Shown: positions 55,052 to 64,000 of the stretch, piece by piece
Position numbering within the stretch: position 1 is the first letter of the stretch
How the letters are laid out: every line of letters begins with the position of its first letter
Source of the DNA: the human T2T-CHM13v2.0 reference genome, Homo sapiens
Strand: one strand, 5' to 3'
Length of the DNA stretch: 64,000 bases
Assembly (NCBI RefSeq): GCF_009914755.1
Contig: NC_060947.1
The notes under the pieces: model-generated
The model's input: the letters and a program-made list of their open reading frames with translations, nothing else
The model's database searches: none
Told to the model about the DNA's origin: nothing
Position numbers and translations under genes: made by a program

Positions 55052-55762
55052 ATTTTTTGAGGTGAAATTTACATAAAATAAAATTAATAATTTTAAAGTG
55101 TACAACTCAGTGGCATTTTGTACATTCGCAACATTTTACAACCAACACTTTTATCTAGCTCCAAAATATTTTCAGCACCCAAAAGAAAACCACGCAACCA
55201 TTAAGAAGTTACTCCTACTTCCCTCCTTCCCCAGGCTTTTGGAAACCACCAATCTGCTGTCTACATGAGTTTACCTATTCTAGATAGTTTATATAAATGG
55301 AGTCATATAGTATGTGACATTTATGACTGGCTTATTTCATTTGCATAACAATTTTGAGGGTCACAATGTGGTAGCTTCTGTCAGTATTCCATTTATTTTT
55401 ATGTCTGGGTAGTATTCCATTGTATGAATATAGCACATTTTGTTTATCCACTCATCAGTTAATGGACATGTGGATTATTTCCACATTTTGGCTATTGTGA
55501 ATAGTGCTGCTATGCACATTTATATACAGGTTTTGTTTGAATACTTGTTTTCAATTCTTTTAGATACATACCTAGGAGTGGAATTTCTGGGTCATATGTT
55601 AATTCTATGATCAACTTTTTGAGGGATTGTCAAACTGTCTTTCACGGTGGCTGCACCATTTTACTTTCTTACTAGAAATGTATGAAGATTCCAAATTCTT
55701 CATATCCTTGCCAACACTTGTTATTTTTAGTTTTTAAAAATTTTGATTATCCTAGTGTCTGT
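55052..55762 (-). mobile_element. L1MB-like 3' fragment
   Basis: gaggtgaaatttacataa...tttaaagtgtacaactcagtggcatt...atacctaggagtggaatttctgggtcatatg. Confidence 0.87.
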
Positions 55763-55962
55763 GAACAAGGTAGAATTTTCCACAATACAATAGAGAACAT
55801 CTACTTTAAGACAACTTTTCTGGGCTATCATATCAACTTGGAAAACATTGATTTTTCTCTTCCTAGAGCTTTAAAATCCATGGACAGTTAGCAACTTGGT
55901 TAAAACTAGGATGATCAATAAGTCACAAATATAATCCTTTAAAAAAACTATGTATTTATTTA

Positions 55963-56001
55963 TACACACACAGACACACTACACACACACACACACACAC
56001 A
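55963..56001 (+). repeat. Interrupted (AC)n microsatellite
   Basis: Directly visible. Confidence 0.9.
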
Positions 56002-56177
56002 GATATGTATCCTTAACCCAAATGTTCACAAGGAGACTAAGTGGTGAAATTGTGCAGCTCGATGATCTAACCACACTAGTAGAAAAAAAAAAAAACACTA
56101 AACTCTCATGATGACAAGTTAGAACATATTTTTCTTCAATGAGAGATGTATTTCTTCATTAACATTAAAGCTTATAG

Positions 56178-56502
<325 letters not shown>

Positions 56503-57959
56503 CAAAAGCTCATTTTTATGGAATATCTGAGCTTGCTAAACCCTGGGGCCAGCTCAGGATTTCTTTATCAAGTAGAGCTACAATATTTTTCCAGTGATTT
56601 CAATTCTGATCGCATCCCTGAGGGAACTAAGCTTCTTGGGTGGGGTAGAGAGCAGAGCTTTGTATGAAAATTCTAGTATTGAACAGTCTCTGGCAAACCA
56701 AAGCAGCTGGGTGAGCAGCATAGAAAAATTCATATGAACCTGGGACTGGAGTATATGAGTAGCCCTGAGTTCCAGAAAACTAGATCAGCAAGCATTTGTC
56801 CAAACTAATTATCCCAACAGATGACCCCCTTGGCAAAAAGCAGCATAAAATCCACAGGACAGACCAAAGTCTGGGCAACATTTTGTCCTTAATATATACC
56901 TAGTATAGCTGCAAATGATACTAGCAGTCAACTAGCGAAAAAATTTCCAGGTATCTAGGTCTTTCTGTGAGTCCATTTATGCAAATCAAAACTTAAGGAA
57001 GAGCTTCTTGAACAGCTAAGAATCACATAATGGAGGACTGAAGAAATTTGTAGTAAGTGGGGAGAGTATTCAGCTGTGAAGTTATTCAAGAAAAGGAAGG
57101 TAATCAACTGTTGTCATTATTGAGCCTGCCACAGATATAAGAATAAAGGTCACTCCCTGCATAGAGAAGAATGTGAGGGATGCCTGGAAAGGCCCTACCC
57201 CAGACAAAAAAAAATTATCTACCCTCTTAGTCTGCCTTGGTGTCTGAGAATTTCAATTTAAAACTAATTTTTTTCAGGTTCAGGCATTATGTCCAGAGAA
57301 CTTCAAAGCCAACATATTAATAGAACCAAAGAAGGCCAGAATCAACATGATATTTTTGCTGTAGATAAATGTATTAATAATAACATTTCAAAAATATAAT
57401 TGCAGTCACCATTTATGGAGCAATTACTTATGTAGAGCTCTATGTTAAATATTTTTGTTGTATTATCTCATTTAGCCTACACTAGGAGGAAGGTAATATA
57501 ATTATTCCTCTCTTGCCAATTGACAGACTGAGGCTCTAAGGTAGTAAAGAACTTGGGCAAGTTTATACAACTTGCCAGTAACAAAACCAGAACTTATTAT
57601 ATATGTAAATTTCTTACTTAAAAAGAAAAAAATGTATAAAGCTTCAATTTTCTCACCAATGGATAGAAGGAGGAGTGAACATTGCCATCACAAAATAAAT
57701 GTTTCCCATCACCAAAAACAATTCAGCATTCTTTAGAGAATTGCATATATTTAAGTAAGGAGAGTCTGCTGGAGATGGAGTTTAGTGAGAAAAATTTAGC
57801 TAAACCATTAAAAGCATTTTGAAATTAGACTACATATTCCTGAAATACAAGGAGTATGCCACAAGATATTTTGTATTAGTTTTTATTCTTCCATGATGCT
57901 GGGGTAGAAAGAAAGCTAGTGTTTTAAAAAATATTTATATGATGTTAACAGTAATATTA

Positions 57960-58600
57960 GACACAATTGTTAGATAGGACTAGACTTGTCTTTAAGTGAC
58001 CAAAAAACCCAAAGTTGTACAGGTAGGTGTAGGTGATCCAGGATGGTATTGTACATAATAATCTCAGGAACTCAGGTTACTTTTTACCTGTTGCTCTGCT
58101 CTGTGGTTCAAAATGGCTGTTGGGGTTCCAGCCATTATAGCCTTAATATATATATCAAGAGGAAGGAACAGAAGAAGGGCACACCCTTTCTATTGAAGGA
58201 CACTTTCAGAAAGTCATATGTTCCACTGCCGTATTTATCCCTGTATTACCTATTGCTGTGTAATAAAGTACTCTAAAATTAAGCAGCTTTTATGTGCATC
58301 AGGAATCTGAGCATGGCTTAGCTGCATCTTCTGTCTCACAATCTCTCACAAGGCTGCATTCAAGGTGTTGGCTGAGGCCGTGGTCTCATGTGAAGGCTTG
58401 GCTGGGGACCAGTCTGCTTCCAAGCTTACTCACGTAACAGTTGGCAGGATTCAGTTCTTTGCTTGGAGTTGCCCCCCAGTTTCTTGCCTCTGCCACCTGA
58501 TATCCATTGGTCAGAACTTAATTGCCTGGTCATACCCAAATGCAAAAGAGCAAGAAAAATAAAGTCTTTATTCCAGGTGGCCATGGGCCAAGATAAAATT
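57960..58600 (-). mobile_element. Old MLT1 LTR (K/L-like) with a second MLT1 fragment nested at about 58242-58490
   Basis: caaaatggctg, tccattggtcagaactta; nested tattgctgtgtaataaa...caggaatctgagcatggcttagctg...ggctgcattcaaggtgttggc. Confidence 0.65.
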
Positions 58601-60864
58601 AATCATTTTACTATTAAGAAATAAAGGTAGTACAGAATATTGGGGAACAACTCATGGTTTCTACCAAAGACATTTTATACATTTGTCTCATCAGTTATCA
58701 TCATTACCCTGTAAGGTAAATAATATTACCCCATTATACAAATTAGGATGTTGAGACTCAGTCTCTGTTAAGTAATATTTTCAGAGTTACAAAACCAATT
58801 AGATTGGATGGAGAGAAGAAAGGAGATAAGGGATGGAACAACCCTGCTGGAAGAGTGTCAATCACTCTAATCTAATCTCTATGAGGGTCAAGTGCCTCAA
58901 GCTTCCATGCAGATGATTGTGAGATCTTGCATAAATGTCAGCCATTGTATAAGTATTGTGATTTTGGCATATTATTATGTCCTAACCTAGCCAAAAAAGA
59001 ACTGAGAAACCAAAGAGATTCTACAAGCTGCTAATTGACTGGTAGAATATCAGATGGATTGTAAATTTGAGAGTAGCATACGTGACTTACTTTTTTATTC
59101 CCAAATGTACAGTGATAGTATGCATCCCAATTGCCTTGGGGTGGAACGGGGTTTATTCTCTATAAGCTGATCAGGATATTTAAACTGACACATTGACAAT
59201 TTGCACAGACAAATGCAATGAGAAGGAAATAAATGTCTATCGATGAAATACCTATGACCTTGATTAACTAAACAGCTGCCCTAAAAGACTCAGCAGAGTG
59301 GGCATCTGGGAAAAGAGAAAAATGATTTCGGTACATGAGTCTTGTCCTGTAAAATGTTAGAGTCATCTTTGTAACCAAATAGCAAAAACTAGTACTTAAA
59401 ATTGGTTTTCACAAAGAAAGTGAAATTATAGTTCTCTAATGAGATCAAATTCCCAGATCCTTTTCTAAACTAACTAACCCCTTGCCACCTAGATGCTTCA
59501 AACCACTCTGGTCTCTTAAGGTTCCTGGTTCAAACTTTCATTTCCTTTTGCCTCCCAGATCCCATTGTGACACCCTGCATAGTTCTATCTTGATATTTTC
59601 TCCATTCTCTGACTTATTTTATCTACCTTTCCTTTGCCTTATCTTCCTCCCATTCTTTTTTTTCCTCTGCATGACCCTCCTATGACAGTAGGGAACACAT
59701 CACATCTAGTGACAGAAGGAAGGAAAAATGAAAAAAACCTCACTCATGTTACTTTTACCCCCATATCAAGTCCATTCAACCTAAAATGTGTCCATTGTTG
59801 TACCCAGTGAGCATGGTCTGGGGCCTAAATGATTCCTCAGTTCTGGTTAAACCTGACAGGATCCTTTTTAGAGAATAAAGGTCTCTGGAAATTCCTTGGG
59901 ACATTTTAAAGGGGAAAAATTTTAAAGCCCCCTAATCAATCTGCCTATATACTCCTGCATGTTAAGTTTCCCATCTCCACTTAGTTGTTTGCAGAAGCCC
60001 TCAAATTTATCTTTGAAAGCTGGATTGACATATAAATTTCTAACGTTTATAAGCATCACAGAAAAATGTTTATAATTGGGCTACAATGTAAGAAGTCTTA
60101 GCTTTGCCTATAACTTCTATGACATGTTCTTTACTCTTTGCCCCACATTAGTAATAAGACTATGTTTTTAGTAGAATTTTGACAGCTCCTTAATTCTGGC
60201 AGAGCATAGGTGAGGGTTCTAAAAGACAAGAAATCTTGAGTATATACAGGGTACTTGGAAAACAATATAACTAAGACATGAAAACCTCACTTCTGAATTA
60301 TAATTACAGGTGAGGTAATATCAGCAAATTTATGTGCCTGTCAAGCATTTTAAAACTAAACCTTGAAAGATAATTAATATTTTAAGGCCCACATATGGAA
60401 AGCCCCAAGCTTTGTTGTAGCTAAGTCCCACTTTGCTAGGAAATGGCCTATCAACTCTGCCTAAATGCATTAAAATATCAAGAGCTATTCAAAGCCAACA
60501 GAAATGTCAGCATGTCGAGAAAAGGTTATCAGAAGTTCCAATGCATTTATTTGGAAGCTTTCCATAGGGGTGCACCGTAGTTCCTATAATCTTAACCAAA
60601 GAACTGTCAAAGTCAGCTTCTTCCAACAAGTGTGCAGTTCACAAGTGACTCACAAGGAAGACTTAACAACGCTGCAGATTCCAGTGTAAATTTACTTGCC
60701 TTTGTAGTCATCATTATAACCAAAACATAAATTCCAGACAAAGGTAATTAGGAGAACTTGCCATTTTGAAAAGATGGGATTTGATAAGTAGGACAAAGTA
60801 GATGTTCTACTTAGACAAAGTTTTCTTTGTGCTTTTAATAGTCACCTATAATGGGACCAGTGTA

Positions 60865-61095
60865 CGCTGTATTAAGTACCTACTATGTTTCAAGCACTGT
60901 GCATGGCTTTTCATATATCATCTTATTTAATTCTCTTAATACTCCTGTTAGGCAGATATTATCTTTGTTTTATGGGAGAAGAAACTAAGGCCCACAGACA
61001 TTAAATCTCTGGTTCAGTGATAATACACAGCTATAAAGTGACAGAATTCAGATTCAAATCCAAGACAGCCTGACTACAGAACCAATGCTCACACT
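60865..61095. mobile_element. MIR
   Basis: attaagtacctactatgtttcaagcactgtgc...gaagaaactaaggcccacaga...gattcaaatccaagacagcctgact. Confidence 0.75.
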
Positions 61096-61219
61096 GAGAA
61101 ATTCTCAGCCAAAAAGAAAGAACCATGAAGTTTTTCTCTAGCCTCTTGAGAAAGAGAGAGACAGAGACAGAGGAAGGAGACTGAAAGACTTACTTTTAGA
61201 ATAATATTTGTGTGATTCT

Positions 61220-61694
61220 CAATAGCAAAGATTTGGAACCAACCCAAGTGTCCATCAATGATAGACTGGATTAAGAAAATGTGATACATATATACCATGG
61301 AATACTATGCAGCCATAAAAAAGATGAGTTCATGTCCTTTGCAGGGACATGGATGAAGGTGGAAACCATCATTCTCAGCAAACTATCACAAGGACAGAAA
61401 ACCAAACACTGCATGTTCCCACTCATAGGTGGGAATTGAACAATGAGAACACTTGGTCACAGGGTGGGGAACATCATACACCGGGGCCTGTCATGGGGTG
61501 GGGGGCTGGGGGAGGGATAGCATTAGGAGAAATACGTAATGTAAATGACGAGTTAATGGGTGCAGCAAACCAACATGACACATGTATACCTATGTAACAA
61601 ATCTGCACGTTGTGCACGTGTACTCTAGAGCTTAAAGTATAATAATAAAATAAAATAAAAAAAGAGTGAGCAGTAAAGACTCAAGGAAAAAAAA
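61220..61694 (+). mobile_element. Heavily 5'-truncated L1PA (PA5-7-like) 3' end
   Basis: ttggaaccaacccaagtgtccatcaatgatagactgg...gagggatagcattaggagaaata...cttaaagtataataat plus A tail; TSD core tttRtgtgattct at 61207-61219 and 61696-61708. Confidence 0.93.
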
Positions 61695-63113
61695 TTTTAT
61701 GTGATTCTTTATTACAAAATGCTTTTAAATACATTCTCTTTTAATTCCCACAATAACCCATGAGTCAAGTGATATAATTACCAACAATAAACTCAAAGCT
61801 AAATAGAAAATCCTTTAGAAGTTAGTTATTTCTAGAATGTCCATGTCCTTTTCTCTTTCCATTATATTACATTCTATTTCTTGTAAAAAGTACCCCTCCC
61901 AGTTAGCACTCTGTTTTTCAACTTGCTTCTTCCCCTTTTTGACCACTTACTCTCATTTATCAACCGTCATTAAAAGTGCCACCCAAGAAGCTTTGGAAGG
62001 AGACTGCCATGACCTGAAAGGTGAGAAATTGGAAACTACAATGTAAGCCTCATTATTGTAAAGTCTATTGATTAGGGGGAAAATGTTAACCTTTGAACAG
62101 AGGTAGTTAAGCTCTCCTATAGCTTTTCACTTCAGTGAATTAAGAGACTAGCAGACAGATCAAATTTCTTTTGTTTGAGACGAAAAGAAAAAATTAAGAA
62201 TCACTATTAGTCCATGAATGCTTTTTAAAATGTCCAAAAGGTAGCTTTCTAAAACAGAGTAAAATAAGTTTTCTCAGTTTCTATCTGAGTGCCTTAACCT
62301 ATCCATAAACAAATTCCAACCTCATCTTCCTATACAAAATTAGAAACCATTTGGGGAGATTTAAATGGCCTTCAGGTGAGAATCCAACTGAGTTTTTTGA
62401 GAAGAGGGAGAAAAAATCTAGCAGTAAAGACCCCCAACATGGTTTTCAAAATGAGAATAGAGGAAAAAAATGTCAAGTAAGAACAGCAACATCAATAATG
62501 TAGAAGCCATTGAGATGGGCAATTTTTAATGCAATATTTTTCCAGACAAACAGAATTAGCCTATTTGGGTGTGATTTGAATTAGAATGAATTGACAAAAT
62601 TATTAGAATTATCCAACCTGGGTTTCCAGTTTGCTCCCCAAACCCCAGAAATATTCAATATATTTTACTCCTCCAGTTTTTACTGTTAAAAATTTCCTTA
62701 TCCTATGCTCCATTCCTTTAAGTGGCCTGTTTTCTATGAGATATAATCTGATAAATTCAGTTAAGCTAGAGAATTAAAGTCTCAGGATGGTTTATTAACC
62801 CCCAGGTATATTTTAGCAAAAGATTTCAAAAAAGACTTAATCCAAAGGATTTAAAGATAATCTGTTGGTGGGAATTTCAGAAACTGGCCCAGGCCGACTA
62901 GAGAAAAATTGGGGTCAGGGAGGGATTCCACACCTTTCAGTTCACATTATAGAGGCCTATACATGTGATGTTCCTGCTATGAATGTATACATTGCTGAGA
63001 AATAGGGCCATTTTAAAGTTGACAAACTATAAAACAAAATAAATACAATAATACAATAGTATTTTAAGGACTGCACTAGGTGAGAACTTACAGGTTCAAT
63101 ATTATTCAGGGTT

Positions 63114-63164
63114 TGAGAGAGAAGAGAGATGTGAGAGAGACAGAGAGAAAGAGAGAGAGAGAGA
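63114..63164 (+). repeat. Imperfect (GA)n repeat
   Basis: Directly visible. Confidence 0.85.
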
Positions 63165-64000
63165 TTTTTCCCAATAACACAGATTTTTCACCTCCTGTCC
63201 CTGACAACTCATTTTTTGGCACCTGCAGAGAAAGAGCAGAAGGAGTATCTAGAAGTAAGGAACTATGAGTGGGCAGATTAAAGATCAGAGACCAGTCTGA
63301 ATGCCATCAAACATATAAGCACTGCTCCTTCAACTTGACTCTTCTCAACCTATACTCACCCAAACCCTTTCAAGTACTGATCTCCCTATCACTGGGCATA
63401 GGTAACTGAAAGAAAAATATGGCATGAGTTTCTAGATAAAAATACAAAACAATAATGATAATATTTATTCCAAAGAAGTCCAAGATACTAAATCAAGAAT
63501 GAATGAATCAGGCTTTGAAAATTAAGGGAAACTTCTTTGCCCAAGAGGACCAGGGTATTAACCAGAATGTAGAAAACACATAGCACCCATTTACATAAAT
63601 GTGCTTATCCTTAAATGGATGTTCTCATTGACAAACCTAAGTCTCTTATTTCACTTCCCAAGGCCAGCTAGCTAGCCATGTGTAGGTATCCATATACAAT
63701 GGGGGTTATCACGACCCATAATTTCCTCATAAAATTGCTGTCACCACACTGCTAACAGCCAAGTGACCAAATAGTTCATATAGAAAGTGATATTGGTGGC
63801 AAAATGCAAACAGCCAAATAAAAATGAAAAAAGTTAAAAGCTCTCAATTTAAGATGTAAATAAAAACTAATAGGGTGACTTTTTTTTTTCTATCAGAATG
63901 TCTTCAGAAAACGTTTAGACACCATTGTGATATATTCAATTTATATGTTTTAGAGAAAAACAAAAGACATATGATTAGGGAGCAGTTTCACTGCAACTTG

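Overview
This is human genomic DNA: AT-rich, CpG-poor, dense in Alu, L1, L2, MIR and MaLR repeats, and carrying a human-specific AluYb8. It contains the 3' end of IL1RAPL2 (X-linked IL-1 receptor accessory protein-like 2) on the + strand. Four coding exons with AG/GT boundaries and compatible phases were read directly: 12359-12504 (end of third Ig domain), 20771-20914 (transmembrane helix), 26987-27157 (TIR N-half) and 38774-39471 (TIR C-half and long tail ending SDIW-stop). A repeat-poor 3' region of about 2 kb and roughly 22 kb of intergenic DNA follow. Nearly all other ORFs in the track are repeat-derived or chance. I found no evidence for a new gene system. The most interesting signals are structural. 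(1) A 142-bp unique segment was copied in inverted orientation into an Alu 1.9 kb away, flanked by a 45-bp duplication. (2) A young 5'-inverted L1PA with a 14-bp TSD, a large internal gap and a short 3' transduction lies 225 bp upstream of an exon. (3) A second L1 has an apparent short transduction. (4) The AluYb8 is a candidate polymorphic insertion. (5) A weak donor with an open read-through frame could give a soluble receptor isoform. Repeat subfamily names and boundaries are by-eye estimates unless TSDs are quoted.
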